Below are positions 1-9,126 of a stretch of 64,000 nt of DNA, piece by piece. Position numbers and translations under genes: made by a program. Source of the DNA: a virus. Within the stretch, counting starts at the first letter, position 1. Each line of letters opens with the position of its first letter. The notes under the pieces are model-generated. The model had not been told where the DNA came from and did not search any database. It worked only from the letters and a program-made list of their open reading frames with translations. Location of the stretch: IMG/VR virus record IMGVR_UViG_3300033047_000025, positions 2,648-66,647 of that record; one strand, 5' to 3'.

Positions 1-2
1 TA

Positions 3-164
3 TGCGAGATAGAGCATAAAAGTCTGGCCGAGGCTAAGCTAGAAGGCCGCGAATGGCATGAAGCTGGACGACATAGGTACGCTAGCATCGTGAGCGACAC
101 GGGATCCGTATGGGAAGATGACGAAAAGGGTAAGTGGCATTCCTGTTTGCGGACCCGGCAATAA
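3..164 (+). CDS. 3' part of hypothetical protein, truncated by window start
   Basis: Open frame CEIEHKSLAEAKLEG...CLRTRQ* from position 3 to TAA at 162-164, followed by a short hairpin and T8 tract. Confidence 0.5.
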   Translation, partial: CEIEHKSLAEAKLEGREWHEAGRHRYASIVSDTGSVWEDDEKGKWHSCLRTRQ

Positions 165-272
165 TACCCGGTTTTTTTTCTCGGTTTGCTCGTGACTGGA
201 AGTAGATCGGTCGATAGATTCCTGGCCATGACGAGTAAACAAACGATCAGCGAAGCTAAGCAAGGACGCAAG

Positions 273-491
273 ATGAACACTCTCTACACGCCAGTGACGG
301 AACTGCCCGCTAGCTTTCCCCGATCTCTCGCCGAGGCCGAAGCACTCTCTACTCGCGACCTTCTTCGCGTAGAAAGCTACGCTAGTCGCTATCCGTATGA
401 CGCGAACGATGTCCGATTCGTGGCGATAGAGCTCAGCGGTTACTTCGCGAACGCGATCCTCGCGGAACGCGAAAACGGTGGGCCGCTCTAA
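273..491 (+). CDS. small hypothetical (putative early) protein
   Basis: Part of ORF 186..491; ATG at 273 preceded by AAGGA. Confidence 0.6.
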   Translation: MNTLYTPVTELPASFPRSLAEAEALSTRDLLRVESYASRYPYDANDVRFVAIELSGYFANAILAERENGGPL

Positions 492-577
492 CCTGCTTCG
501 CCTCGCCCTCGTAAAGGGCCTCATTCCGTACGCTGCCGGTCGCAGCGCAACCCAGCAACCCAGCAACGAAAGAGAAG

Positions 578-973
578 ATGGACAACAAAAACAAACGAGT
601 AGTAATCACAATGACCAACGATTCCCCGGTCAGTATCGTGGCGTCAGACTGGCCGATTATCGCCGAATCCAGCGGCGATAGCTATTCTGGTTCCGACTAT
701 TGCCGGCACCAGCAAGCGCTAGGCCAGGGCGAGTGTGACACCTACTGGATTAGAGTTCGGCAGCACCAAGATGGGCGTGCGATCATCTACGCGTCATGCG
801 ACGGTGCCACGGCGTGGACGGAATCGGAATCGTGGCGAGCGGGCCAGATGGTAGACTCTGGCGATGACATCATCGGAGCGATCACAGAGGTGGCCACGGG
901 ATGCGAGCCACCGTTGCCGGAATCGGTAACGCGTGAAATATTCGAGGATCTGCCGGCGAGAAACCTGGATTAG
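578..973 (+). CDS. hypothetical (putative early) protein
   Basis: 131 aa ORF with purine-rich leader, followed by a terminator. Confidence 0.75.
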   Translation: MDNKNKRVVITMTNDSPVSIVASDWPIIAESSGDSYSGSDYCRHQQALGQGECDTYWIRVRQHQDGRAIIYASCDGATAWTESESWRAGQMVDSGDDIIGAITEVATGCEPPLPESVTREIFEDLPARNLD

Positions 974-998
974 AGCCGGGAACAAGTGACGGAGAGTA

Positions 999-1029
999 GC
1001 TGGCCACATCGCGTGGCCGGTGTCTTTTT
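999..1029 (+). terminator. intrinsic terminator
   Basis: GCTGGCCAC-atcgc-GTGGCCGGT hairpin followed by GTCTTTTT. Confidence 0.65.
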
Positions 1030-1281
1030 GTACCTAGTTCGAGCGCTTGTAGCGTCGTCTGCTTGCCGATCGTCATTGGCATGCAATGACACGTCTAGCT
1101 AGAGATCGTAGCGCACAGCGCAACGTTGGGAGCCTTGTTCGCGGAAGACGGCCTTAAGGGGACTACAGGGGCGAAACTAAGGGGGTGAGACAAGTTGTCG
1201 TAGGCTTCAGACAAATTGTCTGCGGTTACTACTACCTAGGTAGTTTTGCCAAGCTTTTGCCACGTTTTCAGTCCCAAAGGG

Positions 1282-1316
1282 GTCCCGTTATTGAGACTGA
1301 GTCTCAATAGTGGGAC
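1282..1316. promoter_or_regulatory. palindromic operator-like site, Fur-box-like geometry
   Basis: gtcccgtTATTGAGACT-G-AGTCTCAATAgtgggac: perfect 10-1-10 core; extra half site ATTGAGACT at about 1320. Confidence 0.55.
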
Positions 1317-1333
1317 TGGATTGAGACTAGGCG

Positions 1334-1410
1334 AATCGACCCGAATCGACCGGGAATCGACCCGGCGAGTCGACCGGCATCGACCGGCGAGTCGACCGAG
1401 TCGACGCGAC
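1334..1410. repeat. cluster of seven TCGAC-core repeats
   Basis: aaTCGACccg-aaTCGACcggg-aaTCGACccggcg-agTCGAC... spaced 9-13 bp apart. Confidence 0.8.
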
Positions 1411-1535
1411 GTAGCCGCGATCGCCGACAAGGATCGTGCCAGTCGATTGGAGCCGACACACAGAACCGTGAGCGCAACATAATGACCCTTATCAGAGCAT
1501 AGCCGTTACGCCATTGTTACACGGCCTAGTCGAGC

Positions 1536-1636
1536 CGTTACAAACATGTTGCAAGATATTGCAGGTATGGGACAACTGGCGTTACAAACATGTTGCAAGA
1601 TATTGCAGGTATGGGACAACTGGCGTTACAAACATG
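1536..1636. repeat. 44-bp perfect tandem repeat, 2.3 copies
   Basis: CGTTACAAACATGTTGCAAGATATTGCAGGTATGGGACAACTGG at 1536 and 1580, partial copy at 1624. Confidence 0.95.
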
Positions 1637-1772
1637 GGACATCCCCCCCCCGTCCCGACCGACCGACCACCTCCCCCCTTCGACCCCCAGGCCCCCCTAG
1701 CCGTAAACATTACTTATTCAGAACACCCTATGCACACCGCCCTACAGACCAAGAAGTTCCGGGCTAACACCC

Positions 1773-1801
1773 TTGACGGACCTCCAAAAGTAGTGTATAA
1801 G
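1773..1801 (+). promoter_or_regulatory. sigma70-type promoter
   Basis: TTGACG-N17-TATAAG, ending 9 nt before ATG 1811. Confidence 0.7.
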
Positions 1802-1810
1802 TAAATATTC

Positions 1811-2407
1811 ATGAGTAAAAAGAGCCCTCTACGACCCGTGCCTCCCCCGGACGGCTACGTAAGGATGGTCCGTAGGCGAACTCCGAGCAGGGCTTACGCC
1901 TGCAGGGTGTGCTCACACCCGATTGCCAGGGACTCGGTCTACGAGTTTTGCAGGGCCAAGGAAGTATTTGAGACGACCAACATCTCCTACAACAAGTTCC
2001 TGACTCAGTATGTCGAAGGCGTCATCGGTTTTCCGATCAACTACCAGTCGTTCATGACGCATGTGAACAACCATGTTCGGCCGGCTCTGCGTCGAGAGAT
2101 GAGGGAAGTCGAGATCGAGCGCAACCGCGTTGATGACATGGAATGGAAGCCGCCAGACCTGAGCGACTTCCTGGTGTCGAGTAAGGATGGGGCACCCCTT
2201 CCCTACGAGCACTCGGGCCGTCCACCCGCAGTCATAGCCAACGACAAAGGGCTAGAGCCAACCGAAGACCTCGACCCAGTGACCCACCCAGAGTTTGACG
2301 ACGTTCCCAAGAAGGATTGGGACCCAGAAGTTGACCAATGCGCTTCTACCTATGCTAGGTTCTGGCGTGAGCAGGGCGATGACAAGATGCAGAAGGAAGA
2401 CGAATGA
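1811..2407 (+). CDS. hypothetical protein with CxxCxH...HxxxH putative zinc-binding/DNA-binding domain
   Basis: CRVCSHP...THVNNHV; acidic C-terminus; directly downstream of a promoter. Confidence 0.65.
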   Translation: MSKKSPLRPVPPPDGYVRMVRRRTPSRAYACRVCSHPIARDSVYEFCRAKEVFETTNISYNKFLTQYVEGVIGFPINYQSFMTHVNNHVRPALRREMREVEIERNRVDDMEWKPPDLSDFLVSSKDGAPLPYEHSGRPPAVIANDKGLEPTEDLDPVTHPEFDDVPKKDWDPEVDQCASTYARFWREQGDDKMQKEDE

Positions 2408-2584
2408 GCAAGCATCAAACTATCTGGCTGTAAGCCTGGAGACACGGTGTATGATCCGTTCATGGGAAGTGGGACGACACTAGTCGCTGCTTACACCCTT
2501 GGTATGCATGGTATTGGAACTGATACCGATGAAGGCTACGTCGGCCATGCTGTAGATCGCCTTAAAAAAGTGAGCACCCAATGA
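2404..2584 (+). pseudogene. C-terminal fragment of an N6A/N4C DNA methyltransferase
   Basis: Frame from 2408 reads ASIKLSGCKPGDTVYDPFMGSGTTLVAAYTLG...* (SAM-binding motif I); the catalytic DPPY half is absent and ATG 2404 is out of frame. Confidence 0.8.
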
Positions 2585-3060
2585 GCAACGTATACGTCAT
2601 AGGCGACCTCCACCTGGGCCACCGCAAATTGGCGGAGATTCGAGGATTCCCGAACACCGAAGAACACGATCTAACAATCCTGAATCGGTGGAATGAGACA
2701 GTGCATAAACGTGACGTCGTCTACCTACTAGGTGACGCTTGCTTCGGCAACCTGAACGCCCTAACTCGCCTGAACGGCACCAAGAAACTGGCGATGGGCA
2801 ACCACGACAAGAACGCGTCGGCTTACGTGGACATTTTCTCCCAGGTTCGCGCCATGTACCAGTTCGACGGGTGTCTGCTGACCCACATTCCGGTGCATCC
2901 ATGTCAATTCAGGCGGTGGGAGCTGAATGTCCATGGGCATACCCACTCGCACAGCCTCGATGACGACCGATACGTCAATGTGAGTGCTGAAGAGATCAAT
3001 CTGAGGCCAGTATTGCTTCGACAGTTGATTCACGAGCGCCGAACCAGTAGGATGCTGTGA
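2581..3060 (+). CDS. calcineurin-like metallophosphoesterase
   Basis: DLHLGH, LGD, GNHD, THIP and HGHTH motifs. Confidence 0.9.
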   Translation: MSNVYVIGDLHLGHRKLAEIRGFPNTEEHDLTILNRWNETVHKRDVVYLLGDACFGNLNALTRLNGTKKLAMGNHDKNASAYVDIFSQVRAMYQFDGCLLTHIPVHPCQFRRWELNVHGHTHSHSLDDDRYVNVSAEEINLRPVLLRQLIHERRTSRML

Positions 3061-3404
3061 TGGACGAACAACTACAAGCCGAATTGATCTCGATACTGCG
3101 CGAACTGAAAAACGGAGCATCGCCCGCGTTCCAAGAGATTCTCGCCCAGCGGGTGACCTATTGCTGGGTGCAGACGGCGATGTACTGCACTTGGATCATC
3201 CTGTCCTTGGTGTGTGTGTGTTGGTCCGAGAGGGTGACCCGTGGAAAGGCTTGGGTGGATGGTGAGCAACTTGGCCCGAGGATGATATTTGGCGCCACCA
3301 TCGTATTCGCTCTCTTAACGACACCATCATTCCTCAACGACGTATTCGAAAGCTTCGGCGAAGCCATCGCCCCCCTCGGCCGCGTGATGGAGATTATGCG
3401 ATGA
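3057..3404 (+). CDS. hypothetical membrane protein
   Basis: Two hydrophobic segments; coupled stop/start overlaps on both sides. Confidence 0.7.
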   Translation: MMDEQLQAELISILRELKNGASPAFQEILAQRVTYCWVQTAMYCTWIILSLVCVCWSERVTRGKAWVDGEQLGPRMIFGATIVFALLTTPSFLNDVFESFGEAIAPLGRVMEIMR

Positions 3405-3805
3405 AACACCCCCTAATCATCGGCGTCGACTTCGACGGCACTATCGTCAAGCACGAGTATCCCGGCATAGGCGGTGTCGTCCCTGGTGCGATCGAGACGA
3501 TGGAGGCCTGCGCCGACTATGGCGCGAAGCTGATCCTATGGACCATGCGTAGCAATCAGACCCTTGACGATGCCATTGCATTCCTTGATGATCACGATGT
3601 CCCCATATTTGCCGTGAACCGAAACCCCGAGCAAGAAGTATGGACAAGCAGCCCGAAGGCTCACTGCCACGTCTACATCGACGACTTGGCATTCGGATGT
3701 CCGCTGGTCTACCCCGATTACCTGGGAGGGCAACCGTATGTCGACTGGTCTAAGGTGGCGCCTAAGCTGATTGCCATGGCAGGAATGGGTGGCAACTATG
3801 CGTAG
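3401..3805 (+). CDS. HAD-superfamily hydrolase (small phage type)
   Basis: GVDFDGTIV, LWTMR and YIDD motifs. Confidence 0.85.
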   Translation: MKHPLIIGVDFDGTIVKHEYPGIGGVVPGAIETMEACADYGAKLILWTMRSNQTLDDAIAFLDDHDVPIFAVNRNPEQEVWTSSPKAHCHVYIDDLAFGCPLVYPDYLGGQPYVDWSKVAPKLIAMAGMGGNYA

Positions 3806-3986
3806 CGCAGAAGAATGGCACAAGGAGCGGCTGTCTAGCTCGGACTGCTTCAACCCTGAGTGGATTCGAAATATCCAGCGCGAGGCGTTTGATGCTGGGG
3901 TGGAGGCGATGGCTGAAGCTTCCGTTGCGCAATTTTCAGAACAGCTCCAAGAATTGAGTCCGCTGATCAAAGAGGCCCGACCGTGA
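3798..3986 (+). CDS. hypothetical protein
   Basis: ATG 3798 overlaps the upstream stop; GTGA coupling downstream. Confidence 0.55.
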   Translation: MRSAEEWHKERLSSSDCFNPEWIRNIQREAFDAGVEAMAEASVAQFSEQLQELSPLIKEARP

Positions 3987-4270
3987 ATATCACTGAACTC
4001 AGAAAGCTAGAGGTTGCGTCCCAACCAAAAAGGGGGTCTGATGAAACTAGTCAAGTGAGCGAACCAATCTGTCAAACCTGCCGACGTCCCGAGGACGAGC
4101 ATTGTGTTTTCATCCCGCTAGCCGTTCCTAGCGGCTGTATGTGTGATGTCTTCGAGTGGGGTGATCGCATCACTGATGTGTGTGAGGATTTCTTACACAC
4201 TGAAGCAGGGGCTGGTCGGTGCGAAAATTGCGAGCACGACAGGGCTTGCCATAAGGGTTCGGTTAAGTGA
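3983..4270 (+). CDS. small Cys-rich, probably zinc-binding protein
   Basis: CxxCxxxxxxHC ... CxC ... CxxCxHxxxCH. Confidence 0.7.
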   Translation: MNITELRKLEVASQPKRGSDETSQVSEPICQTCRRPEDEHCVFIPLAVPSGCMCDVFEWGDRITDVCEDFLHTEAGAGRCENCEHDRACHKGSVK

Positions 4271-4521
4271 GTGAATCGAGGAGAGTCCGTACCATAGAGT
4301 TTAGGACCGTGAAAACTGCCGTATCACAATTCATCAGAGTAGCAAACGACACAGGAGAGGACATCGTAAGCCTGTCACTGGAATGCGAAGATAAGGATGG
4401 CAAGATGGTGAAGGCCAAGCTTATTTTCGCCGCAGGGGACGTAGCTGCTGACGCTATGGGGCACGCAATCAGGATGATTGATTCTATTCGTGGTAGAGTT
4501 CATGGTACGCCGGTAACATAA
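4267..4521 (+). CDS. hypothetical protein
   Basis: 84 aa; GTGA coupling. Confidence 0.6.
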   Translation: MSESRRVRTIEFRTVKTAVSQFIRVANDTGEDIVSLSLECEDKDGKMVKAKLIFAAGDVAADAMGHAIRMIDSIRGRVHGTPVT

Positions 4522-4522
4522 A

Positions 4523-4822
4523 ATGACACGCATAAAGAGTAGCACATCAGAGAAAAACAAGTGGCACTCAATGGACCTGACCCCTATCCCTCTCAGCCAT
4601 GAAAAAGTCGAAGGTAAGTCAGTGAGAGTGTTGGTATTCTCCAAGTCAAGTGGAATCCTTGCCGGGGTATGCTGGATACGTGAATACTTTATGGATAAGG
4701 ATGACTTTGCCGAGTATTACTGGTCGGCATATTACAGCTATGGACTTTTCGGTGAACGAACTGACGGAGACATAACACACTGGATGTATATGCCAGGGGA
4801 GCCAAAGACACATGAAGAGTAG
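4523..4822 (+). CDS. DUF551-like phage protein
   Basis: KW...VLV...ITHWMYMPGEP C-terminal signature. Confidence 0.7.
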   Translation: MTRIKSSTSEKNKWHSMDLTPIPLSHEKVEGKSVRVLVFSKSSGILAGVCWIREYFMDKDDFAEYYWSAYYSYGLFGERTDGDITHWMYMPGEPKTHEE

Positions 4823-6002
4823 TCTTAGAGAAGAAATCTACAACCTGCTTGACGAAAAGATGGGTATGCGTCCCATCGCCGCCAGACTAGGGATCACTGA
4901 GTGGCAAGTCAGGAAGGCCAAGCAGCTCCGCATGGACCATACTAGGATCGGCAACAAGGCCGACCGAAGGTCGCATCGATCCGAGACGGCTATAGAGCTG
5001 CTGAACCAAGAGGTTCTCTCTGCGCTGAAGGAGATCGGTGGGCGCCTGACAACAAAGGGTCGTCGTAGCGGTAAACTGAACCCTAAAAAATCGGTGGCCG
5101 TTGTACACCTGTCCGATCACCACTGCAACGAGCTGATCTCAACACCCAACAACACCTTCGACTTCAAGGTTGCAGCTAGGCGACTGCAACTGCTAGCGAT
5201 AAAAATCAAGCTGTATTGCGAGGCCGCTGGCGTGGAGCGTATCGTTATTGCGTTCGGTGGCGACTTAATCAGCTCCGATCGTCGCATTGACGAGGTAACG
5301 AACATGGCGACCAACCGTAGTCGTGCCATGGTTCTAACCGTTCATATCTACCGTCAGTTCGTGGAAGATATTCGGGAGCACTACTTTGTCGACTGTTTCG
5401 GTATCACTGGAAACGAAGGTCGGGCCAAGCAGGAGTTATCCTGGTCGGATCCAGGTGTGACTGACAGCTATGATGCTTCGATCTACTACATGCTTCAGAG
5501 TATAATGGACGTAGCCGGCGATAAGGGGTTGAGATTCCACGAGCTACAGGGTAACGAGACGGTATTCTCGATCCACCAAGAGACCTTCCTCTTGCTTCAT
5601 GGGCACCAGATAAACATGTCCGACCAGAAGAAAGTTCAAGCGATGATCGGCAAACATTCCGCTATGGCAGGCACAAGGATTACCCATGTGCTGGCAGGGC
5701 ACATTCACACGGCGATGGTTGGTGATTACGCTAGCAGGAATGCGTCTCTATCTGGTGGCAATGCCTACTCAGAGGAGGCACTTGGATTCTGCTCCAAGGC
5801 ATCTCAAAACCTTCACATCGTGCATAAGGAGTCTCAAAACCATCCAGGGTCTCTCGATGGGATCAAGATCGACCTCCAAAACACCGATGGGGTGGTCGGC
5901 TACAACATCATTGCTCAGCTCGAGCGCCACGATGCTCGCGGAACCCAGAAGGCAGCGCAGGCAGCGATCAACCAGCCTAGGCGTCGAGTGGTGGTGGTTT
6001 GA
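4812..6002 (+). CDS. metallophosphoesterase-fold protein with N-terminal HTH
   Basis: MRPIAARLGITEWQVR (HTH); LSDHH, GGD, GNEG, HGH and GHIH motifs. Confidence 0.8.
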   Translation: MKSSLREEIYNLLDEKMGMRPIAARLGITEWQVRKAKQLRMDHTRIGNKADRRSHRSETAIELLNQEVLSALKEIGGRLTTKGRRSGKLNPKKSVAVVHLSDHHCNELISTPNNTFDFKVAARRLQLLAIKIKLYCEAAGVERIVIAFGGDLISSDRRIDEVTNMATNRSRAMVLTVHIYRQFVEDIREHYFVDCFGITGNEGRAKQELSWSDPGVTDSYDASIYYMLQSIMDVAGDKGLRFHELQGNETVFSIHQETFLLLHGHQINMSDQKKVQAMIGKHSAMAGTRITHVLAGHIHTAMVGDYASRNASLSGGNAYSEEALGFCSKASQNLHIVHKESQNHPGSLDGIKIDLQNTDGVVGYNIIAQLERHDARGTQKAAQAAINQPRRRVVVV

Positions 6003-6367
6003 GCAATGGTAGCAGCGATGCCGTAGAGTCAGTCAGAGACTTCGTGCGCTTCCTCCGCATCGAGATGCCGACAGTCAAACCTGTGAGGGTGTACTTCCGC
6101 ACGGAAGACAGTATGCCAGATGCCGACGAAATACCGGGCACTAGCCTTGATGGACTATGTGTATCAGTGAGCGTTAGAAATAGGGAGCACTACCATTCGA
6201 TCTTCATCCTAATAGGGACTCAGCGCGAGATGCTGGACACCCTAAAACATGAGTGGGCGCACGCACTAACATGGACTAGGAGAGAAGTAAACGCCCCAGA
6301 GCACTGCTACAGGTGGGGCCGAGCGATGACGAAAGTACAGCTAGCGTTCGAGAAGTGGGTCAGCTAG
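5999..6367 (+). CDS. HExxH metallopeptidase-like protein
   Basis: DTLKHEWAH...EH motif. Confidence 0.7.
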   Translation: MSNGSSDAVESVRDFVRFLRIEMPTVKPVRVYFRTEDSMPDADEIPGTSLDGLCVSVSVRNREHYHSIFILIGTQREMLDTLKHEWAHALTWTRREVNAPEHCYRWGRAMTKVQLAFEKWVS

Positions 6368-6721
6368 TTGTCGACATGTGCGTCCTGCTCAGCACAGCGA
6401 ACGTCAAAAATGAAGCGCAGCCGGTGTAACGCATGCACCAACGCTAGATCACGTCGGCTCAGGCAGCGCAAGGAGCGCTCTAGGGGCACGCACACGAAGG
6501 AGCAGTTGTGGCGCATATACATAGACCAAAGGGCGTCATGCCACTATTGCGGCATCCACATTCTATACTGGGGGCCGAGCAGCCACGTCGACCATGTGAC
6601 TCCGCTATCGAAAGGCGGTAGTAACTCGATTGAAAACCTGGTATGGGCTTGCGCCGCGTGCGATGAATCGAAGTCGGACCTGTTAGTCTGCGACTGGCCG
6701 GGTAGTAGGTGGGTCGGATAG
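6368..6721 (+). CDS. HNH endonuclease
   Basis: CHYCG...HVDHVTPLSKGGSNSIENLVWACAAC. Confidence 0.9.
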   Translation: MSTCASCSAQRTSKMKRSRCNACTNARSRRLRQRKERSRGTHTKEQLWRIYIDQRASCHYCGIHILYWGPSSHVDHVTPLSKGGSNSIENLVWACAACDESKSDLLVCDWPGSRWVG

Positions 6722-6734
6722 ATTCGGTTGTTTC

Positions 6735-6992
6735 TCATGCCTGATATTCTTCACCTATCAGGTGGGCCTTGAGAATCCCCGGCGTAACGTAGCAATTGTA
6801 GATTTTTCGCGAGATACAGCCATTATCAGACTTGGATAGGGTCACGACGCCCCAATCCTTAATGCCACGTCGGATAGCGCCACTTGGTGGTGTGGTCAGA
6901 TTCTCATTGAGTGTGATACTGCTGATAACCTCAGAGTCTGGGAGGGATTCCAAAATGTTGCTGAGTTCATTGATCAAGTCCTGTCGCTTCAT
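6735..6992 (-). CDS. hypothetical protein
   Basis: ORF in a coupled minus-strand chain (ATGA overlap). Confidence 0.6.
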   Translation of the reverse strand: MKRQDLINELSNILESLPDSEVISSITLNENLTTPPSGAIRRGIKDWGVVTLSKSDNGCISRKIYNCYVTPGILKAHLIGEEYQA

Positions 6993-7291
6993 AGGTTCAC
7001 CTTTGGCCTGTCAGGCAGGTAATCTACACCCATGCATTGGATAATCTCAGGCATGAGTTCAGCGTCCCTTTGTCGGATCATGAAAGACCCTTTGACCCTG
7101 CCATCGCAGGACGACAGGAGAGCATAGTACGGCACACCTTCGAGGTGTGGCGGCGATAAAAGACTTCCAGGATTACGCCTCACAACGTGGTAGAGGTATT
7201 CCCTTCTCCTACGTCGTCCTGTAAAGTGGTACGACTTGATGAGGTCGCCGTGCATGAACTCTCGGCCTTTCTTGTCGTAGACTGGGCTCAT
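6989..7291 (-). CDS. hypothetical phage protein
   Basis: YDKKGREFMHGDLIKSYHF start; ATGA overlaps. Confidence 0.7.
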   Translation of the reverse strand: MSPVYDKKGREFMHGDLIKSYHFTGRRRRREYLYHVVRRNPGSLLSPPHLEGVPYYALLSSCDGRVKGSFMIRQRDAELMPEIIQCMGVDYLPDRPKVNL

Positions 7292-7488
7292 GCTTTATAT
7301 CTATCCGATAATCCGTTTCTTAGCATGAGTCGACCCCTGTGACTCACCACGATACCAACCCACAGGTGGAAGATCATGAACCCGTAGAAGAGTGGCGTCC
7401 GATGAAGCATGGTTTGGATCGCATCGTCGGCCCGCTGCACACTAAGACCCCACTGGAACCTGAATCCGATCTTGTCTTTGATTTTCAT
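7288..7488 (-). CDS. hypothetical protein
   Basis: ATGA overlaps on both sides. Confidence 0.55.
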   Translation of the reverse strand: MKIKDKIGFRFQWGLSVQRADDAIQTMLHRTPLFYGFMIFHLWVGIVVSHRGRLMLRNGLSDRYKA

Positions 7489-7661
7489 GTAGATTTCTTG
7501 GAAAGATTTTGAATGACTGACTCGACATATTCGTCGTAGTCAGGGTGTATTTGCTTGAAATAATGGAGTGACGAAGTTGTATGTGTCGCACCAGCGATGA
7601 AGGCATCTTTGATAATCTTCCGAAGATCAGGTTCGGATAACTGCAATTTATCACATGCCAT
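7485..7661 (-). CDS. 58-aa hypothetical protein (below the ORF-track cutoff)
   Basis: MACDKLQLSEPDLRKIIKDAFIAGA...KKST*; TAATG and ATGA coupling to neighbours. Confidence 0.6.
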   Translation of the reverse strand: MACDKLQLSEPDLRKIIKDAFIAGATHTTSSLHYFKQIHPDYDEYVESVIQNLSKKST

Positions 7662-8092
7662 TAGTGGAAGTCTCCATATGATATATCCCCACCTCCGCCT
7701 TCATCCAAGTCGCAAAGCTCCATAGCATGCCAGGAGTCGGTAGCGTCCCATTTTTCCGATCGGGACTTATCGCGAAACATCTCAGCTTGAGCCTCGACGC
7801 TATCCACATCGGCGCCGAGGATTTTACAGACGGATAGTAGGGTTTCGTTCGCGCCGATATATTCGTCACATTGACCGCGTGACTCAGCCAGCAATTCAAT
7901 ACCCCCGGCGACTGTCCCGGCTTTCGCAAGGTCGCGGGTCAGTTCTTCACACGCCTGAATCGCCTTGATGTTGGTTGCGTCATCAGGCCGAGTGTTTAGC
8001 ACCTTCACTATGACTCCAGCACGCTCCACGAGGCGGTTCCACGCCGCTACCGCCAATTCACCTCCCTCGTTATTTCTACTGTGACCCATAGT
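7661..8092 (-). CDS. hypothetical protein
   Basis: Part of ORF 7661..8104; start approximate. Confidence 0.6.
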   Translation of the reverse strand, partial: TMGHSRNNEGGELAVAAWNRLVERAGVIVKVLNTRPDDATNIKAIQACEELTRDLAKAGTVAGGIELLAESRGQCDEYIGANETLLSVCKILGADVDSVEAQAEMFRDKSRSEKWDATDSWHAMELCDLDEGGGGDISYGDFH

Positions 8093-8390
8093 ATCCCTCT
8101 TCAATCATTTTTTCGACATGGGGTCTCGCGCCCTCGGTAACGAATCTTGCCGCGTCACTGCTAGACATTCCTATGATCTCATTACCACTAACGTAAGCGG
8201 TGGTTTGAATGACGCGAGACCATGCTATGTCAGCCTCATCATCGTCTAAGTATCCGTCGATTGTCGGTATCTCTGCTGAGACATGGACCCTGATCCGAGC
8301 TATAGACAGAACAGACTTAAGGTCGGGATCCAATCTACTTACCTTCCTTTGCACCATGCTCGGACGCCATGGTGTGGGCGATGTATGCAC
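8076..8390 (-). CDS. hypothetical protein
   Basis: 104 aa ORF in the operon; start uncertain. Confidence 0.55.
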   Translation of the reverse strand: MHTSPTPWRPSMVQRKVSRLDPDLKSVLSIARIRVHVSAEIPTIDGYLDDDEADIAWSRVIQTTAYVSGNEIIGMSSSDAARFVTEGARPHVEKMIEEGYYGSQ

Positions 8391-8637
8391 CTGACGACGC
8401 CAGATCGAACACAGCGTATACCTTGCCGGTGATGGTGATATCGGTGTGTGGGAATCCCTTTAGGGACTTATCACGAATCGCTCTAATAAACGACTGGGCA
8501 TCCTCGTGATTTTTGAACACGGACATTGGGTCACCGCCACCTTGTTCTCCGATGGTGGCTTGACTGTCGGCGCGTGCGCCCTTTGATGCTTCGGATAGCT
8601 CATGGTCGAGGACTTGTTGCCGTGTAGATTCTTGCAT
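8335..8637 (-). CDS. hypothetical protein
   Basis: ORF in the operon; true start may be MSVFKN at about 8523. Confidence 0.45.
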   Translation of the reverse strand: MQESTRQQVLDHELSEASKGARADSQATIGEQGGGDPMSVFKNHEDAQSFIRAIRDKSLKGFPHTDITITGKVYAVFDLASSGAYIAHTMASEHGAKEGK

Positions 8638-8646
8638 CTCAGCAGG

Positions 8647-9126
8647 CTAACCGACATCGACTGTATTTTCAAGCTTCGACTCATCAAGAATTGTAACCAG
8701 GATGTCAGCTTCATTGAGCGTCTCTTCGGCTCGCTTTACTGGCTCGATCCACCGGACCGGCAACTCAGGCCCACAGGCGACCACTGCCCTGATGCCGGCC
8801 TGTATGAGGTGCTTAGTGCAATTCCTGCAAGGGGCGGACCGAAAGCCATACAGGAAGAGCGTGCAGCCACGAGCATCCTTCCCGGCATCTAGGAGTGCGT
8901 TCATTTCTGCGTGGATGATCAACTCGTATTTTTCAGTTCTCAGGTTTAGCCGATCGTCATCGGCAATACCGCAGGGGAATCCATTGAAGCCGGTTCCTAC
9001 TACTCGTCGCCCACGGACCAGAACTGCACCAACCTTGGTAGAGGGGTCTTTGCTCTGCATGGATGCCAGCTTGGCTGACAGCATGAAATATCGAGCCCAT
9101 CGAATGTCGTCCATGGCTACGACCAA
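8647..9126 (-). CDS. dCMP deaminase
   Basis: SKDPSTKVGA, GFNGFP, HAEMNAL and PCRNC zinc motifs. Confidence 0.92.
   Translation of the reverse strand: MVVAMDDIRWARYFMLSAKLASMQSKDPSTKVGAVLVRGRRVVGTGFNGFPCGIADDDRLNLRTEKYELIIHAEMNALLDAGKDARGCTLFLYGFRSAPCRNCTKHLIQAGIRAVVACGPELPVRWIEPVKRAEETLNEADILVTILDESKLENTVDVG

Noticed and set aside
1536-1636. CRISPR array, given a Cas4-like gene in the genome
   Set aside because: The 44-bp units are directly adjacent with no spacers; the Cas4-like nuclease sits in a standard SSB/Sak4 recombination module.
1236-1804. ORFs 1236..1430, 1246..1482, 1514..1804 and 1546..1767
   Set aside because: Their translations simply mirror the DNA repeats and C-tracts; the region is more plausibly non-coding.
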